This document shows, in pieces, positions 10,540-21,648 of a stretch of 41,215 bases of DNA; position 1 is the first letter of the stretch; every line of letters begins with the position of its first letter. The notes beneath the pieces were generated by a model that saw only the letters and a list, made by a program, of their open reading frames with translations, was not told the DNA's origin and did no database searches. Both the position numbers and the translations under genes were made by a program. Origin of the DNA: Asterionella formosa (taxonomy: Eukaryota); contig NKIB01014714.1 of assembly GCA_002256025.1 (NCBI GenBank), positions 1-41,215 on the forward strand. The letters are read 5' to 3'.

Positions 10540-13184
10540 AAGGATTCCGTTTCCCCCTTGGCTTATCGACTCGGGTTTCTTCGACATCAAATACAAATTT
10601 ATATCCATTCGTCAGTGGCAATGATCATGTTCAATCGACGAGTACTGTGGATACTAGTTACAGGCCTTTCGCAACTAAATCAAGCTGCGTTTGCGCAAAC
10701 ACCATCTCCGTCGAGAGTGACGAGCGCACCTTTGACATCTTCTGCCCCTGAGGACATTTCGCCAGCCCCTATGGACACAATTGCTGTTCCGCCAACTCCT
10801 GCACTAATCACTGCTAAGCCATCCACCGCTACTCCCTTCCCTTCTGTCACTAGCCCTCCTACTGTCGCTCCCGATACCCAATCGCCAACCATTACACCTA
10901 CAGTCGTGCCAACACCATCTCCATCTGCAACTCCTGTTACCACTGCACCATCCTTGCCAGCAGCAACTGAATTCCCATTAGATGTACCAACGTTGATACC
11001 ACGCACGGACAATCCTACTCTTACGCCTCCAACGCCGGGAATGAAATCGCCATTGTCATCGCCCAGTCTTTCGGTATCTCCGACAGACAAGCCTAAGCGT
11101 AAACCAACTGAAAATACCGCCACACCCACAAGTTATTCCCCCTCACCAACTACATCAACTCCCACTACATCTCATCCCACAACACCCATAGTTATTGGTA
11201 TTGCAGTTGGAGGAGCAGCTGGACTGTTGCTATTGTTAGGTGGCGGATACTACTTCTTCAGAAACAAGAACAATGGCGCCAAGCAAGTATATAGTGATGG
11301 TGTTTACGACGATGCTCCAGTTAGCACAGTCAATGGTCGCATGAATAATGAAAATGACGATATCAGTACTTTGGCAGATTCAACAACAGATAAGTTGAGT
11401 GGTAGTTCCGGGATAGGAGGCTATGGCGACCAAAGGTGAGCTATTCCAGGTTGATTATTTGTCATTTGAATGTTGTTGTAGAAGAAGTGTATCTAACTTT
11501 CTCGACACTTTCAGTGTGGCGACAATTGATTATGATTACTCCAAAGCATATGGTGTGGGTGGAGGAGCTTCTCTGGTTTCCACTTCTGGAGGAACGTTTG
11601 GTTCAGGAACTCATGGTGGTCAAACAACGATAGGCGATTTGAATCCAACCGGAGCCACTGCATCAGTTTCTAGTTTGCTGGAGGATGGTTTGTTTGGGGA
11701 TAATGCCACTACTAAGGACGTGTTTTTTGAAGTTTATGCACCACCAGGAAAGCTTGGAGTGGTAATTGACACTCCAAACAATGGTGTGCCAGTGGTGCAT
11801 GCAATTAAGGACTCATCTGTCATAGCTAATAAGTTGCAAGTTGGAGACAAATTGGTGGCAGTTGACGATGAAGATGTGCGTACAATGACTGCTATTAATG
11901 TTTCCAAGCTAATTAGCCGGAAGGGTGCAAACGCCACAAGAAAATTGAGTTTGATCCGTACAACAGTGGTGAGAAATTAAAATATGCATTGCAGTGGTTC
12001 ACTGAATCGTGTATATCTCTAGTTGTTAGGTTGTTTAAGAATATAAGGTTGTCATATGGATATGAATGTCCTCAGTCTTTTGAGGATCATTACCTTTCAT
12101 TTTGTTGATGTGATCTCATCTATGTAGCTATGACTCACAGTCAAATGATTCAGATGAGATGACTTTGATGTACCAAGCTCTCATTAACCACATGTTCAAT
12201 GTTGTTACTCTGGCTATAATGAGCCAGAAAATATAAGCTATTTTGGAAGACCAATAGTTTGAAATGAATGATCAATGGTTATAAACCTACCAGTATGGTC
12301 AATAAGTGTGAGATAGACCTGGGTCTATCTATGATTGCATTTTTCTAGATATGCAAACAGCATTTGGAGATTTTTTTTGTTGATTTATTCAAACCAAACA
12401 ACCTAAACTAGTTTTGTAACTCACAAAAAGAATATAGAAAAAAAGAGAAACAAACATCTCTATCAATAGCCTTCTTTGCCTAACAATATAGATCTATCTA
12501 AAAAGGAAATATTTTAACATCATTTTTCATTGGTCCTGACAATATCAGGTTGCTACTACGATAGGGCTAAACAAAAGTAGACACCTGCCACTGTCCATTT
12601 CTCATTGTTTTGTAAATGCCATTTAGAATCCTTTTAACTGAAGAAACCAACAAGAAGCATTCACGAAGGCTTCCATAGGTACAACACAGCAGCAACACCA
12701 TATCACCTCAAGAGAACAGTTTACTGACTAGCACGCATGTGGAGGACTGAACCAGTCCAAGTGAAGTCAGTTGAGTGCACTCAAAATGAAGGCGTTATGT
12801 TATTAAGATGACTTTTGCCTGTAACGGTCTCAAAAGGATGATGAAAAGGTCAAGGGAAATATTCATTCACCCATCTTTTCATTGCCCAGCATGCTATCAA
12901 ATGTTCTAAGAAGTGGTGCATCAGTGTGGATTTATTAATATGCAGCAGATATAAGATGGGAGGTGGTCCATGCCCTCTTGGATGACAATAGCTCTTAAGA
13001 GTAGTAGTACAAGATAATAATGCTTTATACTGACTGGTATAACTGGTAGTCTTACATCCTGCAATTCATGTTCAAATACAAATGCTATAGATTCAAAGCA
13101 TGCATTGATCGTATTTTTCTTGTTTTTTAGTGCTTCAATAGATAAAAATCTTCTTGCCATAGTGAACACATATGACCCAAGAAG
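10540..13184. repeat. Segmental tandem duplication, copy 1 (copy 2 at 15270-17414)
   Basis: Near-identity starts at AAGGATTCCGTTTCCCCCTT and ends at ATGACCCAAGAAGA. Copy 1 has about 426 extra bp at 12096-12521. Confidence 0.93.
10621..11980 (+). CDS. Type I membrane protein: signal peptide, Pro/Thr/Ser-rich stalk, TM helix, cytoplasmic PDZ domain (copy 1); exons 10621-11435 and 11515-11980, 426 aa
   Basis: TM segment IVIGIAVGGAAGLLLLLGGGYYFF; PDZ motifs APPGKLGVVID, PVVHAIK, LQVGDKLVAVD. The 79-bp intron 11436-11514 (GTGAG..CTAAC..CAG) joins the ORFs in frame as GDQSVATIDY. Confidence 0.88.
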
Positions 13185-15269
13185 AAACTGAAGGCAATAC
13201 ACGCCCAAGGTGGTCTCATGCCTGCGAGTATACATGTGTTCGAAGATGGGTGGCGCCCCTGGCGCTGTGAGAAAGTCACCCCACGAGTGCCATCCCAGCC
13301 GAGTACACATGTGTACGAGAAGGCATGTAGCCACCGAGAAGGGTATTGCTGAGGCAATTCACAAACTAGCTATTGTCGCGCCATTCGCTTACCTACTGCC
13401 CACTCATTGAGTGTAAATTTCAATTTTAGCTCGCTATAGCCCATCATATAAAATATATTTCGGATATTTCCTATATTCACATCAAAATTTGCAATGGGTC
13501 CGATATTGCCCATCATTAAAATATATTTTGTATATTTCCTAACTTCGCATTTTGGCATTACATTTTTTAGCCATTGCCCCTCAGTTATGCAGCCCTGGGA
13601 TTGCCGAAATCGGCAAGGGGGTCTACTTAAGGAAACAATTTTATATACTCTACAGATTTTAATAATTTATATCTAGAATTCACCTCGTTTTTATTCATCT
13701 CCTGAAAAGTGGACTCCGGCAATTCACCTTTCACCATGCCGATTGTCGTCCATCAGCATGACCAGTTTGAAGTGAAATCAGTTCATTGATGATGCCAGTA
13801 GCGATTCATTATCTAACGGATGTGGTTGGTTGTTGTATTGCTTGTCTTCTCGAGGGATTCATGTAGTCGAATCATCCATATTTCGTTGGACGAACGATGA
13901 TATCGATACATCTGATTTTGGTGGCAAGTTTTTGCTCCGGTCATGCATCTGATGATGCTGGATAATCGACTGGTACCGGTAGTCACCTAATCTACATACG
14001 TACGTGGTACTAAAAGCAACCATGCATGGTTTAACCTAAACTTTAACGCTTACTTTGAACACGTCATAATATGATCTCTGTAGACTCGGTATTGTTTTTA
14101 CGAGACCAGAATGTTAAATTATATCGTTCACATATTCATTGATTTTACATACCATATGCCCAATTTTGTCCTCACAATTATAATTCTCACTCTATCCTGC
14201 CTGCCGTTGCTCAATTCGGGCTTGCAAAAAGAACTTTCGACTTTATTATGAGCCCATCGTCTGCTGTGTGTTATGCTATCGGTAAGTACAACAGTGAAAC
14301 AGACCATTTACGCTACATAACTATGCAGGTCTAAATTGGGTTCAGCTTTTTTTCTTCTTCTTTCGGTCTTCGATTGTGTGGTGATGGAAAGTCAATGTTG
14401 CCAGTGTAAGTACACTACAATGATTCACAATGCATACATCTCCATTGAAACTCCAATTTTTCACTTCATTTCTAACCCAAAACAATTTTTTCTAGTTCTT
14501 GTTTGATGCAACTTATTACATTGCATTTCATATTTTGGTTGCTCCCAACATCATGTTCAATTTTCATTGATTTTGCATGTTGTTACAATCATTCTCGTGT
14601 CTTTTATGCTTGTTGTACCATCTTATGCATATTACCGTTATTCTGGCTGTCATGCTAAAAATCGGCAATTTTGATGCCGAAAAATTCGATGTGCCCCATA
14701 TTGCCCTTGAATAAAAATTACTTAAGAAATTACTTAGAGCCTAAAAGTTTACTTAGAAGTACCCGAATGGCAAGGCGATAGCTGGAGCGGGAATAGCCCT
14801 TGGATGCTTAATGCCTGATCAGAGATCAAACTCGACTCGACGAAATGGTAGTCGCGCGTACTTTTCAAGAAGTAGCCGAACTTCGCAAAAAGTACGCGAA
14901 CTTCGCAGAAGTACTCGCGACTAGGATTTTGCAGGATATTTGAAAAAAACCAGGGAGGTCTGTGCACGATACACATAAGGATTTTTACACGTAGCGAGGA
15001 AGTACGGAGTTTCCCGTACCTCAATGCTCCCCAAGCAGTCATTCCTACTTTTACAAATCTATGCATATCCCTTGAACCCATTACAGCCGCCACTATATTT
15101 TACATGGCATCTTGTGATACCACGTACTTTGATCATCAACTACCGGTATGTTATAATTTTAATGATCTGCATTGCTTGTCTTGAAACTTTCGTTCTTCTC
15201 TCTCATCTGGAACTCTTGTAGACTTGTCATTGACTTAATCATTGACCCCACCTGAATCGAGATCTTAAC

Positions 15270-17414
15270 AAGGATTCCGTTTCCCCCTTAGTTTATCGAC
15301 TCGGGTTTCTTCGACATCAAATACAAATTTATATCCATTCGTCAGTGGCAATGATCATGTTCAATCGACGAGTACTATGGATACTAGTTACAGGCCTTTC
15401 GCAACTAAATCAAGCTGCGTTTGCGCAAACACTCTCTCCGTTAACGGAAGCACCCATTACGCAAACCCCTGTGACTTCGCCGCCAACTCCTGCTCCCGTC
15501 GCTCCTAGTCTCGCTCCCGTTACTAGCGCTCCTGCTGTCGCTCCCGTAACTTCATCGCAAACCATTACACCTACAGTCGCGGCAACACCATCTTCATCTG
15601 CACCATACTCGCCAGCAGAAACTGAATTCCCAACAAATGTACCAACGTTGATACCAACCACGGGCAATCCTACTCCTACGCCTCCAACGCCGGGAATGAA
15701 ATCGCCATTGTCATCGCCCAGTCCTTCGGTATCGGACAAGACTACGCGTAAACCAACTGAAAATACCGCCACATCCACAAGTTATTCCCCCTCACCAACT
15801 ACATCAACTCCCACTACATCTCATCCCACAACACCCATAGTCATTGGTATTGCAGTTGGAGGAGCAGCTGGACTGTTGCTATTGTTAGGTGGCGGATACT
15901 ACTTCTTCAGAAACAAGAACAATGGCGCCAAGCAAGTATATAGTGATGGTGTTTACGACAATGCTCCAGTTAGCACAGTCAATGGTCGCATGAATAATGA
16001 AAATGACGATATCAGTACTTTGGCAGATTCAACAACAGATAGGTTGAGTGGTAGTTCCGGGATAGGAGGCTATGGCGACCAAAGGTGAGCTATTCCAGGT
16101 TGATTATTTGTCATTTGAATGTTGTTGTAGAAGAATTGTATCTAACTTTCTCGACACTTTCAGTGTGGCAACGATTGATTATGGTTATTCCAAAGCATAT
16201 GGTATGGGTGGAGGAGATTCTGTGGTTTCCACTTCTGGAGGAACGTTTGGTTCAGGAACTCATGGTGGTCAAACAATGTTAGGCGATTTGAATCCAACCG
16301 GAGCCACTGCATCAGCTTCTAGTTTGCTGGAGGATGGTTTGTTTGGGGAAAATGCCACTACTAAGGACGTGTTTTTTGAAGTTTATGCACCACCAGGAAA
16401 GCTTGGAGTGGTAATTGACACTCCAAACAATGGTGTGCCAGTGGTGCATGCAATTAAGGACTCATCTGTCATAGCTAATAAGTTGCAAGTTGGAGACAAA
16501 TTGGTGGCAGTTGACGATGAAGATGTGCGTAAAATGACTGCTATTAATGTTTCCAAGCTAATTAGCCGGAAGGGTGCAAACGCCACAAGAAAATTGAGTG
16601 TGATCCGTACAACAGTGGTGAGAAATTAAAATATGCATTGCAAATGGTCTGCCCTTGTGGTTCACTGAATCGTGTATATGTCTAGTTGTTTGGTTGTTTA
16701 AGATTATAACATTGTTATATGGATATGAATGTCCTCAGTCTAAGTTGAGGATCATTACCTATAATTTTTCATTGGTCCTGACAATATCAGGTTGCTACGA
16801 TAGGGCTAAACAAAAGTAGACACCTGCCACTGTCCATTTCTCATTGTTTTGTAAATGCCATTTAGAATCCTTTTAACTGAAGAAACCAACAAGAAGCATT
16901 CACGAAGGCTTCCATAGGGACAACACAGCAGCAACACCATATCACCTCAAGAGAACAGTTTACTGACTAGCACGCATGTGGAGGACTGAACCAGTCCAAG
17001 TGAAGTCAGTTGAGTGCACTCAAAATGAAGGCGTTATGTTATTGAGATGACTTTTGCCTGTAACGGTCTCAAAAGGATGATGAAAAGGTCAAGGGAAATA
17101 TTCATTCACCCATCTTTTCATTGCCCAGCATGCTATCAAATGTTCTAAGAAGTGGTGCATCAGTGTGGATTTATTAATATTCAGCAAATATAAGATGGGA
17201 GGTGCTCCATGCCCTCCTGGATGACAAAAAGCTACTCAGAGTACAAGATAATAATGCTGTAAACTGATTGGTATAACTGGCAGTCTTACATTCTGCAATT
17301 CATGTTCAAATACAAACGGTATAAATTCAAAGCATGCATTGATTGCATTTTTCTTGTTTTGCTTCAATAGATTTAAGTCTTCTTGCCATAGTGAACACGA
17401 ATGACCCAAGAAGA
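15270..17414. repeat. Segmental tandem duplication, copy 2
   Basis: Directly aligns by eye with 10540-13184. Confidence 0.93.
15351..16629 (+). CDS. Mucin-stalk/TM/PDZ membrane protein (copy 2); exons 15351-16084 and 16164-16629, 399 aa
   Basis: Paralog of 10621-11980 with the same 79-bp intron (16085-16163) and an intact frame. Confidence 0.88.
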
Positions 17415-17674
17415 TACCTAAGAAATCCTCAGTTATACGAACGCTATTTTTGCATAGAAAAGCGATGTTGTGCATAATGCGTAGTCTTGACCAGTTCGCG
17501 TTTACCGGTACATACCGTAGGTCTTTTCATAGTATACTGTAATTCTCAATATAAAATATATTCCGGTATGGATGTCATGTTTGGACGGACCACTTTTGAG
17601 AACGCGATTTCGAAAAGATTTCTTTGATTCGACCATTGCATCTGCCTTCTCATTCTTCTTGACATCTCTCTAGC

Positions 17675-18829
17675 ATGTCCTTCCTCGCTGAATCGCTGCA
17701 CTCCATCGCGCATTCGCCAGTAAGGTCGTCTCTTGCCTTGGCTTGCTCTTCATTTCTTCCTTCGAAGCGACCCTTCACCAGCACTGATACAATGCCACCT
17801 GCATCGACCCAGACAATGGCGACATTAACGTTTCCTCCCATTCTGAAATCGGAGAGGACAGAAGGACTTCTCTTGCTGGAAGGCGATACATTTTACGTCA
17901 ATCATGATGGAATTGGTCGAACCTTTTACAAACTCCAAGGCTCGCCCATTGGATTGGAAGAATTTTATGATCTTGGACAAGCCCGCAAAACCTTTGTTAG
18001 TCGAATACACCACAACCATCCTAATTATCCAAAAACCACCTCCACTGCTAGTAACTGCGGCATCACAGACGTACTTAATCGAGAAACTGAAGGAGTGGTT
18101 CGATTGGGTATTCCATTGAATTCGATGCAAGTGCAAGAGATTGATCAAGGGGTATTTGGGTCCGCCGGTACCGGCTCGACGACGTGGGAATCGTCCATCG
18201 CCATGTCCCTTTATTTTGCAACTCAACCAGACTTGCTGTTGGGAAAAATCATTGAATTGGGATCTGGTGTTGGAGTGGGTGGGATGTTGCTTAGCCAAGT
18301 ATGTTGTGCTCCCATGGTGCATTCATTGACATTGACAGACAACAACCACGAGGTACTGGATCAGTGCAAGAAGAATATAAACAGCCTTACTGTCAGGGTT
18401 CCACCAGTCATTGTCAAAAAGCTTGATTGGTATGATTACGATTCGCACCATGGCAACTATGACACAATCCTTGCTAGTGATGTGGCGTACTTGTATCCCG
18501 ATGTTGTGGCCTTGGCCAGTTGCATGGCTGGATTGGCCACGAGAGACAATTGTCATGCCAAGATTCACATGTTTGGTCCCAGCAACCGAGGGGCATTCCA
18601 CGAGGCCATAATACAGCTTCGAGAGGTACATGGCATGCATGTGCAAGTAGAGGGAGTGGACCTACATCGGTACAGACTCAAATGTTCTCAGGACATTGCC
18701 ATGGCAACATTGGAACAGGAATGTACTTTTGCTTCCCAGGGCATTGCTCGGTATCTCCATGTGACTGCGTCACACCCACACCAAGACAGCGATGAAAATT
18801 TGTCGGCTACCATTGCAGATATTGACTGA
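17675..18829 (+). CDS. SAM-dependent protein methyltransferase, family 16 (METTL21/EEF2KMT-like), 384 aa
   Basis: GTGSTTWESS, motif I IIELGSGVG, LTLTD, LDW and the ASDVAY (DxxY) motif II typical of this family. Confidence 0.85.
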   Translation: MSFLAESLHSIAHSPVRSSLALACSSFLPSKRPFTSTDTMPPASTQTMATLTFPPILKSERTEGLLLLEGDTFYVNHDGIGRTFYKLQGSPIGLEEFYDLGQARKTFVSRIHHNHPNYPKTTSTASNCGITDVLNRETEGVVRLGIPLNSMQVQEIDQGVFGSAGTGSTTWESSIAMSLYFATQPDLLLGKIIELGSGVGVGGMLLSQVCCAPMVHSLTLTDNNHEVLDQCKKNINSLTVRVPPVIVKKLDWYDYDSHHGNYDTILASDVAYLYPDVVALASCMAGLATRDNCHAKIHMFGPSNRGAFHEAIIQLREVHGMHVQVEGVDLHRYRLKCSQDIAMATLEQECTFASQGIARYLHVTASHPHQDSDENLSATIADID

Positions 18830-18996
18830 AGGTGTGCGTCCGGATACTTGAGACAATCCTTTAGAAATCAGAATAGTTTTAGACGTATTGATAGGTAGAG
18901 TTGGAGATGACCTTTGCCGAGAAATCTGCACACCAAGAATGTTTAGAGTAGCTAGATGTGCACAAGACAACATTAATAAATTGTTTAATAGTAATG

Positions 18997-19024
<28 letters not shown>
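18997..19024. repeat. (AT)n microsatellite between convergent genes
   Basis: About 14 uninterrupted AT units. Confidence 0.95.
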
Positions 19025-19027
<3 letters not shown>

Positions 19028-19071
19028 TGCTCCAATTGGATTCCAACAATAGAAGCAAATTTAAAATGGCA

Positions 19072-20259
19072 TTACGTCAATAAATCAACAATGTTGTGTG
19101 TTGTGGGAAGTGACTGTAAAAGAGATTGAACATTTCCTGGTGAATGCGAAATAATCAAATCGTTCGCACCAACTGCACTAAGAATGTCCATATACTGCGT
19201 CAATAGCAACAAATCCATCACATCTTTAGTAGACCTGTTTTCTGCCAACTGAATTACACAGTGTTGCATCCCCTCCACAATAGCACGGCGTTGATTAGCC
19301 GTTCCGATCCCGTGCAAATACATGCTCTCGGCATTTGCTTCCGCTTGTTTGATGATGCGAATTTTTTCGGCGTTTGCAATGTGCGGCATGGCTAGCTTTC
19401 GCCTTCGCGAGGCTTCCATTTCATTCATAGCGTCCCGAACTGTCTTACATGGTGATACGTTGGTAATCAATGTGGCGATAATTTCGTACCCATAATCATA
19501 CATGACAGCGCAAATTCTGGTGTGCACGGAATCGGCAATGGTGGCTTTGGACAAGAACAACTGATCGACTGTCATTTTAGGAACCAAGGCGCGGACAACG
19601 TCAAACACAAGCGAATCCAATTGCACCGTCGGGTCTGTTAATCGATAGTACGCATCGTAGGCATGTTCCACCACAACTTTATATTGAACACAAATCTGAA
19701 TGTGGCAAAAGACATTGTCCTTGGTCTTAGTTTCGCACATGATATCCGCTTGTTGGATTCGCAGTGACAATCGACCAGCAATATCATAACATGGCCATGC
19801 AAGACAATAGAATCCCGGCGGTATTATTCGTTGAAAACTTCCACAATCTTCAGTAATGCCAACCTCTTGTGTCCGAACACATTGACAACAGCAACATCCA
19901 TATGAAAAACTCCCAGCTAGATCCTCATTGAGTTTGGTTCGATGCGCTGGGCCGATAGATGGCTTCTGTTGTTGCAAAGCTCGTCGCAAGGAAGGAGGCC
20001 TGGGTCCCTCATTGAAAAACAAATATGGCTCTAAATCAGCAACGCTATTGTCCGATTCTTGTCTTCCTCCATCAGGAGGTTGATACTGAGACACAGGTGT
20101 TGCATAAATAATTGGCCCATCGCCATGACGAGGGCGATGGCGACGACGACGTTGCTGTTGCTGCCTGTACTGAAAGTCATTCGCCGAGCCCTCCAAGAGC
20201 TGTTCTGTAAAGGAAGCATCCATCTGGTGACGAGACGTTCGTATAGGCAAGAGCTCCAT
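19072..20259 (-). CDS. SPFH/band-7 protein of the hypersensitive-induced-response (HIR) type with a long N-terminal extension, 395 aa
   Basis: Cys cluster GCCCCQCV, LSLRIQQ..CETKTKDNVF, DAYYRLTDP, VFDVVRA, YGYEI, AEANAESMYLHG.G.A.QR.AIV.G, LLLTQYMD. Confidence 0.9.
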   Translation of the reverse strand: MELLPIRTSRHQMDASFTEQLLEGSANDFQYRQQQQRRRRHRPRHGDGPIIYATPVSQYQPPDGGRQESDNSVADLEPYLFFNEGPRPPSLRRALQQQKPSIGPAHRTKLNEDLAGSFSYGCCCCQCVRTQEVGITEDCGSFQRIIPPGFYCLAWPCYDIAGRLSLRIQQADIMCETKTKDNVFCHIQICVQYKVVVEHAYDAYYRLTDPTVQLDSLVFDVVRALVPKMTVDQLFLSKATIADSVHTRICAVMYDYGYEIIATLITNVSPCKTVRDAMNEMEASRRRKLAMPHIANAEKIRIIKQAEANAESMYLHGIGTANQRRAIVEGMQHCVIQLAENRSTKDVMDLLLLTQYMDILSAVGANDLIISHSPGNVQSLLQSLPTTHNIVDLLT

Positions 20260-21648
20260 GTTTCTGGGTTCCTGTTATTGATTGAGAATCTTTTATTTGA
20301 TACTGCATGTTGTTTTCAATACAAACAATACACCGAGAGTAGGTAGAGATTTTTGTTGAATGATGATGGTATGTACCGTAGTTGTTTGGACATCAGCTAA
20401 TAATGTGAATTGCAAAACTACCAGGTATGCTTACCGTATCAGAACTGTACCGGAATGTGGTAACACCTTATTACTGGTAGCAGTCAGTCCCCATTATGTA
20501 GTAACAATCTACACAAACATGTCTCATATACCAGCATGTATTAAATATATATTATCCAAACACGGACCCGCCAACTCATCATAATCTCGGTCCAGTGTAC
20601 CGGTATGGCAATTTCACGTATTACCAGCAAGTTGCAGTGATTGTGGTGAAACTGAAAGTTTAGCTATCTTTATCCCATATTAAATTATTTGTTTCAGCAA
20701 AATAACCATAACTTGCATTGCAGGTACTCATCAGCATGAATGGAAAACACTCTCCTGCCCAGCATCTTGCAATTCTTGAGCATAAAGACATTGTTGCTAT
20801 CCTAGCAGATGCATCTATTCCAAGTGAATGCTGTACTACTAGAAGTAGTGAAAGTAGTGGTCAAGAACCAACTTCCTGATTCTATCAAGAATAAGCAAGG
20901 ACAATGATGGATGCTGTCCATTGCATTCTGCTTTCCATCCTGTAATTCATAGATAAGCATCATAAGAGCATCAATTTTGTGATTGTGTGAAAGAGGAGGG
21001 AAAACATGGTTTTCTCCCAGTGCATATGTACTGCTGTTGAAAAATGGCACCAATAGAATTTATGAAATTTTGTAAATCATTTTCATACCAGTATGTTTAT
21101 TATATTTATCTAGCTAGTTTTACAAACAGGTATCATCATCATGGCTGTACCATGTAATTATGGCAGTGATACCGGTCATAAGTAGTATAATGGTAGTATG
21201 ATACCATGTACCTGGTTGACTGATCCTACAGGTACTGACAAGTGATGGTATTGATTTAGCTAATTAATGACGTCACCGGATCAGTGCTTCTGCTGTCATG
21301 TATCGGTATCTTATGTACATCCTCAGCAATGGCTCAAACAGGCAAGACACACACAGTCCACACATCAATTAACTCTGGTATCCCTGGAAGGTAGCTGATG
21401 GTACTCACTCTACCGGTAATAAGCAAATAGCGGTGATGATGGAAAGTTGAATACTACTACAGGGTAACGGTAAAGTCGTGACAACAAACGTGTAGCGCTA
21501 GGTCCTCAACCATATGCTCTTTCCAACGTTACTAATATTAATTTCCGGTCGACACATTGCTTAAAAGCAGTCTCCTCGTACCTTCTCGAGTATCGTGATC
21601 AGAAAGGGAACGCCGAGCAGAACAAACAAACCGCAATAGAATCACATC

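Noticed and set aside
10680..11129. Gly/Val-rich minus-strand ORFs (also 15410-15778)
   Set aside because: Antisense shadows of the Pro/Thr-rich coding strand.
13226..13318. Two CGAGTA.ACATGTGT.CGA units including a 14-bp palindrome at 13303-13316
   Set aside because: Real but too short to interpret; probably part of an adjacent degraded repeat.
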